From: a virus
Direction: 5' to 3' (one strand)
Length of the DNA stretch: 64,000 nucleotides
Virus record (IMG/VR): IMGVR_UViG_3300027844_002282
Position 1 is the first letter of the stretch. Each line of letters begins with the position of its first letter. The notes below the pieces were generated by a model. That model saw only the letters and a program-made list of their open reading frames with translations, had not been told where the DNA came from and did not search any database. This document shows positions 30,001 through 43,589 of the stretch, piece by piece. Made by a program: the position numbers and the translations under genes.

Positions 30001-30294
30001 ATCTACAAGATCCTTGTTTTTTGAGTATTCTGGAGCGACAACATTTATTACGAAACTTCCACTCTTGATCGCGGCCTTGATATCCTCAGCGGCCTTGGCG
30101 AATTTTGGAGAGTCAACACATCTTCTTTTTAACTTATTGTCAATATCTGAAGAGAAGTCGTCAAAAGTCCTCAGAACGCTTAATGTACTAATTTCTGGAT
30201 CGGAAGACTCGTTGGTCACTACCGCAGATACCTTATTAATAACCTGGTCTAATTTTTTCGATAATTCGTGCTGTAAATCTATCATGCTTGTCAT
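24070..30294 (-). CDS. 2074-aa protein with a classic AAA+ ATPase domain
   Basis: Walker A GSPGTGKS, Walker B VLLIDEIDK, sensor-1 ICTCN, Arg finger ASRL; C-terminal Pro-rich repeats. Confidence 0.85.
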   Translation of the reverse strand: MTSMIDLQHELSKKLDQVINKVSAVVTNESSDPEISTLSVLRTFDDFSSDIDNKLKRRCVDSPKFAKAAEDIKAAIKSGSFVINVVAPEYSKNKDLVDLVVSTALTDSSSLSEDASLADKRKDRENRQKKHEDSIISDIDVAGVVSAYGADAPKYVEATVDTGFFGTDFFDPENSINCLYEYITDYQKSPVPPAPEQEQNAAGIEPLSDREVSRARRNTGGFEVDGNPHETFDFNEHKGKAILRSPMGSPANITEEPAAVPQSLFFDERAGNVHLRFDPRNPMSYRYPYMSNRFKNAEAEAAGNYRSSIENGLADNSLNKKWVLMMQILSKIQGVPLISLFHAGGFEVDDQGVNRSRAYGENAPAFPDISDDVIERALLSFLASLSGGGGVDINIPIGDDPAEGGEASGPVFPMADMSTGGIAKRMYAEEGDAFFDWSSAQVNEWIDDEFGPSVMQEKGAAVFQYKENSNHKNAITRSASNTNNLNGIIALAQKEFDLNEDIPYSVFADWASEELGQDGIGYAPIIWATVKKNQNKYANLDSETIKTAATAEVLQSDLYKKLVDIVTNQKGINEVVSSSISSEYIVDLFIKHLVNTCLKGAGVSSSEDSPETVPKGDDSAILNPGDYMIPVTLSKDESDKWIRENGSGISIVDSRGDIIETVEVEEVEESDNGSLWYITEVIKERISGSYSLVKSGGNTGLSSLGDDLYSSFYSSPNPIRRAHKANGVSLSFSILPSWSPAPYDLRPQSEPGTGHPNNPHNLKKALQDRIALRTSYISEMSYSQKSKKELEPALDTLEQEIGEIQLFLNQFAAHKYPNRSSAIVDTRDPSLSMTREKEHTNASLFKEIARRCQTEDIEVGSYGASVGAEALKEILGEEKFNRFEEIKKEVIEGWASRKNVFLIRSADTEISAQTGNGFMVETGAGERAKRGWAPGFEAKMKQLHSKVAGQAGSAGADPKALNSHVVIISEKRIPNLVVEPAYIDLHTSTMSYEEISSFVDFYTGRVKEQYLSSLPEDQIEVEDGVQTESERLGALAAEFIVPDSFIRKLQSALANLDFQRLDEFIFEIIGELFETYMNLGSVIKALDANKNNFNRRIEDFGTTDKNLEDLGIRCTSPRFSIDEYVTEKGSSWGDHVTGELKNIIESITAYKAKADFFARAVDTGIGFCTLSGTEPKEEDGEQYTEVSVSFPSPNASQKMVWFSLNDLVVEPGVQPDNSLLELAKPAGYSIDGNLFEAVGSDALVVKNEESLNAYEDKISGEIKSLDAEIRAQKTSYPPIIALEGSPGTGKSIYAEVLASALDCKYLATTLSNMAYSGKRGKFRGEVEQNLERMVSTMKSMTDSVLLIDEIDKFLDSSSGSDNKDVEICVEKLLTAWEDDRSTYSENNFHIICTCNYWEKFVAKREAIASRLRDFHVDLPSSYETLMELFSGNAIVNNLINNKCGDDVSLAEMAKEMVSLWGSDDPQDQAIIEMYRKIIDDKKPGFFINGAIVRPLQAERQMMASMNLPTPEEPIDAVEDFVKGYIEIGEILHGMNQAVDVNVKIKATGDIESKKINPMQAMCSTLSEKMTYPTDPTRHNAEKYARTNIREINNIFQRIFELHQRAKSGEGMIEAGPKLIKLILDAQTFSTTVDVDRLSEDDRDDSTLMNAIETDKSQDGITFFRSFMSASNIKTGLAPPPEFWMTDAQLKKSVESGMEMIAAAGLDEDGDGGARFLANKAINAFGNDSILTQIELSNEVLTEAEKYGRAKSKGTTSFFNGFIQVREVVRTLAQQILAGDFTQFGQLFIYCENMFEVFENFDYNYGQAVKGLFNQSNASGAGIAYTNISVGMSIMGGCIESIRKLNLYKDGGEVDEITSKIRESSSAAARKSLDLSENKSLKLFAQNMIGNQTLDEERYNELVVDAPTEDSEYKFNFKQMGDEKPPPAEVVDPIPEPPPAEVVDPIPEPPPAAVAEPIPEPPPAAVAKKEDEMDEINLFGDDDDSDRSSNTTDYYSKIAYRVIKEKIKVKAIEAKRNRTLGDIPEISGSTDILFNSNIHAIADAFRNRETLRFRLKKVPYNTESTSSFRKITVSR
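24397..24526. repeat. 36-bp tandem repeats (PIPEPPPAEVVD/AAVAE), about 3.5 units
   Basis: Direct reading; a 52-nt block is identical to 36155..36206. Confidence 0.95.
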
Positions 30295-30325
30295 CCTTTT
30301 GAGAGGAAAAAGTTTTCAATATACT

Positions 30326-30353
30326 ATTCTGCCCTTGAAGTTGTCATTCCTTT
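30326..30353 (-). promoter_or_regulatory. AGG-N19-GAAT promoter-like motif
   Basis: Minus strand aaAGG aatgacaacttcaagggca GAAT. Confidence 0.65.
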
Positions 30354-30364
30354 AATTATAAACG

Positions 30365-30400
30365 AAAAAAGGGCCTCAGCGCTAACTGAGACCCTTTTTT
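30365..30400 (-). terminator. Intrinsic (possibly bidirectional) terminator after protease/scaffold
   Basis: aaaaaagggcctcag-cgctaa-ctgagaccctttttt. Confidence 0.85.
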
Positions 30401-30418
30401 TATTTTATGGCAGAGTGC

Positions 30419-33400
30419 TTAGAAGTTGTATGTCTTATCTTCGCTTTCTCTGTCAGCCATATCCATTCGGATGGCTCTATTCTGTTGCTGACTTCCGATA
30501 GTAAACATGTCCGCAAGCTGGGACTCTATTGAAACGTCAGTCTCATCATTCGCTTGGAACGTTGGCTCTTCAATTATCGCCGATGTCAACATTGGAAGTG
30601 ATGTTGCAGCGGTCTTAGTTGTAGAAGCCTTCTTCTGAGGAAGCAAGAGACGATCAACATGTGCCTTCATACGGTCAAGAGGCATTACTGAAAGGTCATT
30701 AACAAAGTCTGAAACTTCAGCTTCCTTGATAATCCCTCTTTCAACAAGCTGTCCAGCGAATCTGGCGGCATGCTCACGTCTTGCAGACGAGATCTTCTCA
30801 AGCTGCTTCTCTCTTTCGGCTTCACGTCCACGCATCGTTGTGTCGGTTCCGCTATCTTCTGATGGGACAACTGGTTCGATAGTTACTGGTGGGCTTTCAT
30901 TTCCCATGGTCGCATCCGACCTTGGTATATCTGGTCCACCCTCTGTCAAAGCCTGCTCATCGTTAATTGTAGCGTTAGGGTTTCTGACTACATTGTCATG
31001 GCCCTCGATACTCTCAACAACTTCAACCTTTTTCTCGGTGCATGGCTTCTCTTGCAAGGCGTTATCGCCTGTCGTGCTGTCTGGATGCACATGCTCCGCG
31101 TTATCGTTCCTTGTCATAGGCTCAATTTCGCCATATGCTACCTTTTCCATTCCTTCTCCTTGTGATGTTGCTTCGGCCTGGTTCTTCAACGCTGAAGAGT
31201 TGGTCTCGCTGTTTTCAATTGGTACGCTGACGCCTTCGGCTGGAGCGGCTTCTTCTTTACCAATAGTCGCGTTTCCACGTGGTACGTCTGGATCTGCTGG
31301 AGCTTCCGTGTCTTCGTCTCCCATCTTACTTCTGGAAGCAGATGGCTCTTCATTTGGATTTTCCGAAATGGAATCGACATTATCGACCTTCTTTTCGGTG
31401 TTCTTCTGCTCTTTGGTCTTTGTAACACCATCGGAACCCTTATCTACAACTGGTGGCGGATTATCAAATTCTCCCGCTTCCTTTTGCAATTCGGATTCTG
31501 TGAACAAGGCAACTTCCTCTTGAAGACCGGCTGTCAACGCTTCAACATCTGCGCTCACTTCGGTTTCAACAAACTCAGGAAGATCAAAGACTGTCGCAAT
31601 AACCTTACTGGCTTCGGCAACTGTCCCGTCTGGTGCGAGGCTCTTGTCATATTCGGCCATCTTACGCAAGATACCCGTATCAATCTGTGAGGACAACGCT
31701 GCGATATAGATATTGTTATCTTCTTCTCCAGCGAACTTCTCTTTTAAGCAATCGCAAAGCTTGCTTGATTCAGCAACGGTGTAACCCCTCTTCTTCTGAT
31801 CGCGGACGCATTTCTCCATCGGATCTTCAGCTGACTGGGCATCTGCCAAGGCTTGAATATGAGCAATCTTTGTAAATCCGAACCTTGAGGCCTGACTTAC
31901 AATCGTTTCGGAAAAGTCCTGCCCCTTATATGGACCAGTAGTTACCAACTCGATCTCTGGATAGGTATTAGCAACCCACCCGGCTAATCTGTCCTTAGGA
32001 AGATCAACGGTCGCAGCCCTCTTCATCATCTTATCAAAGACCATGGTTGCTGCGAACTTCTTCGCTTCCTGTTTGCAAGAACCGCACTTTCTCTTCATTG
32101 GATCAATTGACCAAGCGATTTGCAACTTACTTTCTGTTGGACTATCAACATTAATCATCATTGTCTTCTCAGTCTCGGTCTTGCACTTGGAGCAAGCAAT
32201 CGTGAGTTCGGATGGATGTCCCTGAACCTGAACCTCTCCGCTTCCGCATGCTGGGCAAATATGTCCAACTTCCTTCTGCATATCAGCGATCTTCTTCATG
32301 GAACCTCTATCAATATCAATCATTGCCGCAACTGGCATCTCTGGCGCTGATGGCGCTTCAAGATCAAGTTCTGACTCGTCATCTTCGGCGACCGACTCTG
32401 GATTCAACAATTCTATGTTTACGTGATACAAGTACTTGATTCCGCAAGAGTTACAGTCGAACTGTCCCGGTTGCTGATCCTTGTTTCCGGTCTCGGTATC
32501 GGTTGATCCACAGACTGGGCAAATCGTTCCCGGTTCCATCTGCTCATCGTCACCAGGAAGCTCTTCTTCATCCGTAAACGACTGGAGGCCAGCGCCTTCT
32601 TCTGGAACGGTATCTGGAGTTAATCCAATAGATGGATCTACGCCACCGCCACTTTCATCCGGGAGGGCTCCGCCTGATCCAGCGCCGGGGTCGCCGCCGC
32701 CAAACTGAGCAACCTTCTTCTCACCCTTCGTTGATGTAAAAGCACCAAGTCCGGTTGATAATTCAGGGGTTTCTGGACCGCCTTCGCCGAAATCGCCCAG
32801 TGGAGCAGCGTCTTCTGGCATCGGACCTTCATCGGCCAAGCCATCGGCCAACTCTATTGGCTCTTCAATCGCACCTTCGTTTTCTACAGGGATCTCAACC
32901 GATCCGCCTTCTGTGTCAACTGCGATAATAACATCGCCGGTATCACCATCAACTGTTACATTGACAACGGCGGCGACCTTGACTCCAAGATGGGCGAACG
33001 CGCCATGCGCAAAGCATGAGGCAGCAGCCTTGACAATGTTGTCATTGCCACGACTTGCTTCTGGGACACCAATTTCTTTGAACGAGGTTTCAATAATATG
33101 ACTTGAGGTTTTAACGGCCTTCCTTTCTAGCGCGGCTGTCAATATATCAACGTCTTCCTTGACTGAGGCTTCCTTGTCGTCAGAGCAGGAGCATTCGCAT
33201 CCAGCACTTTCGCAATCGGTGCATTCCTTGCATTCCTTGTCTTTACACTTGAAACAGAAACCGGAAGCTTTCTTGCATGCGCATTCGCATCCAGCGCTTT
33301 CGCATGTTACACATTCCTTACACTCTTCATTTTCGCACTTCTCGCAGCAATCTGAGGCTTCCGTAATCATGGAATCAAGCTCGCTGTTCATGTCGTCTTC

Positions 33401-35683
33401 AAGACTCGCTTCTACAACTTCACCGCTTTCTATAATTTCTTCAACTCGGCCTGAAACGATTGCGTCGGAGTGATCGTTGGCCTTAACCACGGCAAATGCC
33501 TTAAGCAACATATCGGGATTAAGCTTTTGTGTCTTGGAGGCGTTTGCTGCAAAGGCTATAATCATCTGCTTAATTTGTGGGTCTGTTGCGGAAGAAGCAG
33601 TAACACCTTTCTGTGCCCAATAAGCTACCCTTTCGTTGAAATTATCAACTGCTGGAACTTCGCCCGAATAAACGGAGATGTCATTGACAAGTGATGCCTG
33701 GTTATCTAATGAAAGCAACGCGAAAGATCCCGCTGTTTTAATAACCTTGCTTGGGGTTGACTGAGAACTTACAACTGTCTTCGCAATAACGTCAACAGCA
33801 GCCTTGATGTGATCCTGATGACTTGCCCATCGAGTAGACGGAGTGTCAACCTTAGGATGGCTCAAAAGATCTTCAATGATCGTATTCGGCTCATTGTTTG
33901 TTCTTTCAGTTTCAAGCTGTGCTTGGGTTGTCTGTTCTACAGCATCACCCTCGCGAGTTGGTTCTAACTGATTCTGGCCAACGGTATTTGGGGCGTCATC
34001 TGTTCTGACAGACTCAAGTAGCCCCTGTTCAATTTCGTTTGGATTACCCTCATGGAAATCCGCGAGTTGCTTACCAATGACGTCTTCTCTGACATCGCCC
34101 TCTCTTGGGTGATGCTTGACACCGTCGCTAAGTTGCTTCTCTGTTACAGCAAGAGGCGTTTGTTTCGCCTTCGCTTCTATAATGTTTGACATATCTCTAC
34201 CTCCGACTTGTTCGATATTTTTGTCACTTAAAGTTACTTCGCCTGCAAGACTTTCTTTCATTGTATTACTAATTTTTTCTACTTTTTCCTGCCAGTTTGT
34301 CTCTAATGCGCTAGTTATTTTTTCCCTCTCCTTCATATTATTAGCTGGGGTTCGTCTCATATTCGTATTTTCCTCTATTGTTGATGCCCCTTTTGAACGC
34401 GGTGATACGGGCTTTTTAACCCCACCGAGTCCCATGCTTGGAGACGGTCTTGTTTTATCCTTAAATTTACCTGGAGCGGATGGCGCAGCGGCAAGTGGTG
34501 ACCCATCGGCCCCGCTTACCTCTCCGGCTCCACCCAAGGATTGTTGATCTGAAATTGGTCGGTCTCCAGGAAGTCCGCCGACTCCGGCGGCTGGTAACGG
34601 CGGCAAGCCAGCGTCACCCATTCCTTCAGCACCTGGCATTCTAGGATCTGCGGCCTCATCAGGAACGTTTCCTGGGATCTCATCTGGCAATCTGCCAAAT
34701 CCAGCCTGTACAAGAGCGTCTACATATTCTTGAAGGTCTGCCAAAATAGATACTAAATCAGATGAGAATTGCATTTCAATGTTTTCTCTCTGTCCGATTA
34801 GCTTGATCGCAATATCCTCAAGAGTGGACAAGACTTCATTCAGTCTCTCAATATCCTGCTCTGAAGCTTCTTTCTTAAACGTATCGCTTGACGCAAAAAC
34901 CATTAGCTTGTTTGAGAAATTACAAATTGATGAAGCTGCCTTTGTGAAGTCTTCGTTATTATAGATGGCTCCAATCTGACATGATGGGCAGGCCGGGTCT
35001 ACAACTCCACTTAATTCAATAAATCTTATTCCGAAGTTGTCTTCGTAAACCGCCGCTTCCTTATAGTCTCTGGTTTGTCCGGTTTTAACATCGGTAGCTC
35101 TTCCTGTGAATTTTCTACCCTTAAGGTTTCTAATATGTGCGCAATAATCATCTTGGGAGATGGCCTGGTTACTACAAATGGAGCATGTGCTATATTCAAC
35201 GCTGCATCCCATCGATACGCCAGTGACATACTCTTGCTCAATCCCGCGAGCTAACGGGGCATAAGCGTCTCGATCAACGAACGCAATAACATAAATCGCC
35301 TGTTGCTCTTCGCTCCATTCGGCAAAAACAATTTTACCCTTGGCTTTTTCAACGTCGTCGTTTTGATGGTTTGTGAAAAAAGGAACCCCAACAAATGTCT
35401 GTGTGGATTTCTTTAGCTCGTCTGCGCTGAAGAAGTCTCCGTTATTGTTGGGGATGTCTGCCTCGATTGCTCTTGCTTTGAAGAACAAAGCATTTGGTCG
35501 CTTAGCAATCTCTTGTTTTAGTACTGAATCAGCCTCTGAAGAACCATCTATATCCTTTGAGGAAGCGGTTTTAATATTTTCACTTCCAACCTTGCACTCT
35601 CTAACTTCTGAAAAGTCAAAACTTGCTATTTTTCTAATCCCAGATGGCTTGTGGCCACACTCGGAATCGCTTAAATTTTGCAT
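30419..35683 (-). CDS. Prohead protease fused to a very long scaffold-like region with Zn ribbons
   Basis: NNNGDFF..EL, FFTNH (His), VSMGC...CSIC...CAH, FIELSGVVDPA (Ser): HK97/herpes-type head maturation protease; acidic tail with CPVC/CNSC, CPAC/CSKC and a helical C-terminus. Confidence 0.85.
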   Translation of the reverse strand: MQNLSDSECGHKPSGIRKIASFDFSEVRECKVGSENIKTASSKDIDGSSEADSVLKQEIAKRPNALFFKARAIEADIPNNNGDFFSADELKKSTQTFVGVPFFTNHQNDDVEKAKGKIVFAEWSEEQQAIYVIAFVDRDAYAPLARGIEQEYVTGVSMGCSVEYSTCSICSNQAISQDDYCAHIRNLKGRKFTGRATDVKTGQTRDYKEAAVYEDNFGIRFIELSGVVDPACPSCQIGAIYNNEDFTKAASSICNFSNKLMVFASSDTFKKEASEQDIERLNEVLSTLEDIAIKLIGQRENIEMQFSSDLVSILADLQEYVDALVQAGFGRLPDEIPGNVPDEAADPRMPGAEGMGDAGLPPLPAAGVGGLPGDRPISDQQSLGGAGEVSGADGSPLAAAPSAPGKFKDKTRPSPSMGLGGVKKPVSPRSKGASTIEENTNMRRTPANNMKEREKITSALETNWQEKVEKISNTMKESLAGEVTLSDKNIEQVGGRDMSNIIEAKAKQTPLAVTEKQLSDGVKHHPREGDVREDVIGKQLADFHEGNPNEIEQGLLESVRTDDAPNTVGQNQLEPTREGDAVEQTTQAQLETERTNNEPNTIIEDLLSHPKVDTPSTRWASHQDHIKAAVDVIAKTVVSSQSTPSKVIKTAGSFALLSLDNQASLVNDISVYSGEVPAVDNFNERVAYWAQKGVTASSATDPQIKQMIIAFAANASKTQKLNPDMLLKAFAVVKANDHSDAIVSGRVEEIIESGEVVEASLEDDMNSELDSMITEASDCCEKCENEECKECVTCESAGCECACKKASGFCFKCKDKECKECTDCESAGCECSCSDDKEASVKEDVDILTAALERKAVKTSSHIIETSFKEIGVPEASRGNDNIVKAAASCFAHGAFAHLGVKVAAVVNVTVDGDTGDVIIAVDTEGGSVEIPVENEGAIEEPIELADGLADEGPMPEDAAPLGDFGEGGPETPELSTGLGAFTSTKGEKKVAQFGGGDPGAGSGGALPDESGGGVDPSIGLTPDTVPEEGAGLQSFTDEEELPGDDEQMEPGTICPVCGSTDTETGNKDQQPGQFDCNSCGIKYLYHVNIELLNPESVAEDDESELDLEAPSAPEMPVAAMIDIDRGSMKKIADMQKEVGHICPACGSGEVQVQGHPSELTIACSKCKTETEKTMMINVDSPTESKLQIAWSIDPMKRKCGSCKQEAKKFAATMVFDKMMKRAATVDLPKDRLAGWVANTYPEIELVTTGPYKGQDFSETIVSQASRFGFTKIAHIQALADAQSAEDPMEKCVRDQKKRGYTVAESSKLCDCLKEKFAGEEDNNIYIAALSSQIDTGILRKMAEYDKSLAPDGTVAEASKVIATVFDLPEFVETEVSADVEALTAGLQEEVALFTESELQKEAGEFDNPPPVVDKGSDGVTKTKEQKNTEKKVDNVDSISENPNEEPSASRSKMGDEDTEAPADPDVPRGNATIGKEEAAPAEGVSVPIENSETNSSALKNQAEATSQGEGMEKVAYGEIEPMTRNDNAEHVHPDSTTGDNALQEKPCTEKKVEVVESIEGHDNVVRNPNATINDEQALTEGGPDIPRSDATMGNESPPVTIEPVVPSEDSGTDTTMRGREAEREKQLEKISSARREHAARFAGQLVERGIIKEAEVSDFVNDLSVMPLDRMKAHVDRLLLPQKKASTTKTAATSLPMLTSAIIEEPTFQANDETDVSIESQLADMFTIGSQQQNRAIRMDMADRESEDKTYNF

Positions 35684-35703
35684 TGCATTTCCTCTATTTT
35701 AAG

Positions 35704-40482
<4,779 letters not shown>

Positions 40483-40490
40483 TCAAGTTA

Positions 40491-42773
40491 TTACTTTTTG
40501 TCAGGTATACTATTTTTACGCTTTTCCTCTAGCTTTTTCCTTTGTTCGGTGATCCAGCGCTCTCTTTTTCCTATCTCGTTCATGATCCTGGTCATCACAC
40601 CACCGATGTTACTTTCGATTTCTTCTTCTCCAAATCTAATTATTACCCAACCTTTATTATTTAATTTCTGATCTCTCTTCTTATCTCGCTCTATATTCTC
40701 TGGAGAGCCGTGGAATGTAGTTCCATCACACTCTACTCCAAGCTTAATATCTGGGAACGCAACGTCAATCATAACCGGTCTTCCACCAGTATGCACTTCG
40801 TATGAAGGGGATACGTTATATGTTATCTTCCCACTTCTCTGATGGTTCTCAATAGCTTTGATAACCGCCCTCTCAATAGAAGTAAGCATTATTCTTCCCA
40901 TTCTATCTCTCATGAACCCATCACCACCAACCCCGCTGGGGGATTGAACGTTATGCTCTCTCTTTGATTGTTCTTTATCAACCTTTTCTCTATCTCTATC
41001 AAGCTTTTCTCTGGTTTTGTCAGTTAATATCTTTCCGCCGTATTGTCCAGGGTCCGCCTGTGAGGTTACTTTAATCGATTTAGACGACGCTAAGCCCATT
41101 GGGGCGGCGTCGCCCGGGTCTCCCATGCCTCCGCCCATTTCTCCGCCCATTAAGTCACCACCGCCTGGTTCTCCCATGCCTCCGCCAAGGTCTAAGCCAC
41201 CGCCACCGCCTCCCAGGCCGCCACCCATGTCCATTCCACCCATGCCGCCCTCTTCACCAGCAGCCTGTCCCGGTGGTTGTTCAGCCATCGCTTCAATTCT
41301 TTCCCATCTCATCTGCTCGAATTCAGTGTCTGGATCGATATCGAACTCTGTCAATACTCTTGTGGCACTAATAAGTCCCTTGTCGAACAACTGTAAAATC
41401 ATTTGTCTTTCTTGCTGTCTGTCTCTAAGATTTAAGCTTCCCCATTTTATCTTCGGATAAATCCATTCGTCTTCGCCCCATTCATTGGTCTTTCTAAAGC
41501 CCTTCATCTTAGAAATCGGCAAGTAGATCTCTTCTTCGATCCATCTTTTTAACTCAAGTCTCCACGACTCAAGTCTCTTAATCATTATTTCCGCACCCAT
41601 AGCTGCGCTTGAGTATGTCGGACCTTCACCAGTAATCAACTGCTTGTTAAGACCGAAACCGTCCATAATTTCCTGATTGATGAACTCGTACTCTCCCTGA
41701 ATAGGAAGAACTTGACCATTTGCTCCAACCCAATCGAGTTCGAATGCATGATGAGTAACGATAACCATGTTAGGATCGTTAGATGCCGCCTGTAGCTGCC
41801 CTTGTACGGCAGTAATGTCCGCTTCGCTCGCTGGACGTTCCTCAGTACCGACTTTGACGACCTTGATAGGAAGGATCAGTCTTTCTGCCACGATCCATTG
41901 GGCGGTCATGATCTTCGTCTTATAACTCAAGATCGGGAAAAGTCTTCTGGTCATCGAGATCCCGTATCTTCTATAGCCAGACTCGCCAAATTTCAAATGA
42001 CTTACATTTCTGCTATCTAATGGAATTGGTCTTCCTTGAGCAATAAAATCTTTCACTTCTTTTGACAGCTTATCTGTACCTGGGCCACTCTTAATAACAA
42101 GATCTCGCAATTCATCATCTGGAACGTATGTGATAACGTCTTCTGGTGAAATCGAGTTTGAGAAAACCTCAACAAAGTCGGGATTTAGGATTAGGAGCCT
42201 CTTGAACGTTCCACCTTCATGCTCGCAGATTTCATCTCCAATCCTACCGCTTCCACCGCAATGGTCGCATTCTATTTCTTTGAACGGAAAACAATCTCCC
42301 ATCAAATGGACTTCATGACTAATGAGTCGAGCCCACTTGTCAATGTTTAGTTTCTTGTTAACCTCTTCATCAAAGAAGTGTTTAATGTATCTATCTGAAC
42401 ATTCTGTCTCGAAAGTCGTAATAGGGAACTTGCTGTAAAAATCAATAGCGGTCGCGACACGGGGCTCGTTCTCGTACCAATAGCGACACCACATATATAT
42501 TTCTCGGCGGCGTGATGGGATCTGCCAGTTGATTGGCGTATATACAGGAGAAAAGAACTGTGGCTGACCATAAGAGATTCCAGCTGTCGTCTGCTTTGTT
42601 TTCCTATTGTAACTACCAAAGTTAGAATGGGAAACCGTTGCGGCAGAATAATCCCTTGGTGTCTGTGTTGCTTGTGGCGCTTGCCCGAACGTTGTATTCG
42701 GGCTCGCCTCTAATCGTTCACCCCTCTTAAGACTGTTGAAGTGCTTTTCGAGATCGGCTACTACCATTTCCAT
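40491..42773 (-). CDS. Portal protein fused to a C-terminal Vsr/DUF559-like endonuclease domain
   Basis: Portal-like core (WCRYWYENEPRVATAIDFYS...VSHLK...YGIS...PKIKW..LNLRD), Gly/Met linker, then IDVAFPDIKLGVECDG..FHG....RDKKRDQKL...GWVIIRF. Confidence 0.85.
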   Translation of the reverse strand: MEMVVADLEKHFNSLKRGERLEASPNTTFGQAPQATQTPRDYSAATVSHSNFGSYNRKTKQTTAGISYGQPQFFSPVYTPINWQIPSRRREIYMWCRYWYENEPRVATAIDFYSKFPITTFETECSDRYIKHFFDEEVNKKLNIDKWARLISHEVHLMGDCFPFKEIECDHCGGSGRIGDEICEHEGGTFKRLLILNPDFVEVFSNSISPEDVITYVPDDELRDLVIKSGPGTDKLSKEVKDFIAQGRPIPLDSRNVSHLKFGESGYRRYGISMTRRLFPILSYKTKIMTAQWIVAERLILPIKVVKVGTEERPASEADITAVQGQLQAASNDPNMVIVTHHAFELDWVGANGQVLPIQGEYEFINQEIMDGFGLNKQLITGEGPTYSSAAMGAEIMIKRLESWRLELKRWIEEEIYLPISKMKGFRKTNEWGEDEWIYPKIKWGSLNLRDRQQERQMILQLFDKGLISATRVLTEFDIDPDTEFEQMRWERIEAMAEQPPGQAAGEEGGMGGMDMGGGLGGGGGGLDLGGGMGEPGGGDLMGGEMGGGMGDPGDAAPMGLASSKSIKVTSQADPGQYGGKILTDKTREKLDRDREKVDKEQSKREHNVQSPSGVGGDGFMRDRMGRIMLTSIERAVIKAIENHQRSGKITYNVSPSYEVHTGGRPVMIDVAFPDIKLGVECDGTTFHGSPENIERDKKRDQKLNNKGWVIIRFGEEEIESNIGGVMTRIMNEIGKRERWITEQRKKLEEKRKNSIPDKK

Positions 42774-42794
42774 ATGAGCCCTCTTCTATTTTTA

Positions 42795-43589
42795 TTATTC
42801 GATTAAGCCAACTTCTTTACATGTATTCACGAGAGAACCGCCCCCTTCTTCCACGGTTTCCTTCTGAAGACCAGTAGCATCCTCATCGGTCCCTGGAACA
42901 TCGTTCTTCTTTGAACATGGGAGACACTTTTCATGGCGATTCTTCCTACGCCTTCTTCTACTTCTCGATACATCAGCATATTTCTTTGTTATCTCTGTGG
43001 ACTCCGAAGCGATTGCTTCTAACATAATTACTTTGTTGACAGGTATATTATACGCCGAACTTATATCAACGAGATCACTGTTCTCCAATTCTCCTATGTC
43101 AGTCAAATATGCAATCCTCTCGAAAGCTCTCGCCATAGATAGTTTCTTATTGTCAAAAGACTCTGTCAATGCTTTCTTCTTTTTCTTTGTCTTTTTATGA
43201 AGAGATCTTCTATCATCGTCACTCAAAATCATACCTTCGGTAATGCCGAGAGCCAATTCATCAGTGTCGGTCGCTTGATGGAAAGCGACCTTTTCCCCTC
43301 TGCTCTCTGATAATCTCGCTTCTGTAGAATACTCTTGAGGCCTTGGCGTTGAAGTTCTAAAATCAACATTTCTTCTCATGTCGTTTCCGGCAGTGTCGAT
43401 CTCTGTGTCATAAATTTCGTCTGGAATAACTCCCCTATCGGAGATCTTGGCTTTTGAATACCAACTAATACGGTCTTCGGTTGTAACCTCTGCTTCGCCC
43501 ATTTCGAGGACTTCTATACCGCCATCGCGATTAACCCTCTCAACACCACTGGCGTTGGCCCTTCCTCCAATTGATCTATATGCGTTCAT
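42795..43589 (-). CDS. Hypothetical head-associated protein with basic patches
   Basis: KKTKKKKK, RSRRRRRK; SWYSKA motif; GGAGG RBS. Confidence 0.7.
   Translation of the reverse strand: MNAYRSIGGRANASGVERVNRDGGIEVLEMGEAEVTTEDRISWYSKAKISDRGVIPDEIYDTEIDTAGNDMRRNVDFRTSTPRPQEYSTEARLSESRGEKVAFHQATDTDELALGITEGMILSDDDRRSLHKKTKKKKKALTESFDNKKLSMARAFERIAYLTDIGELENSDLVDISSAYNIPVNKVIMLEAIASESTEITKKYADVSRSRRRRRKNRHEKCLPCSKKNDVPGTDEDATGLQKETVEEGGGSLVNTCKEVGLIE

Noticed and set aside
40491-40900. Intein-borne homing endonuclease in the portal
   Set aside because: The nuclease is at the extreme C-terminus and no splice-junction motifs (C...HN-C/S/T) were seen
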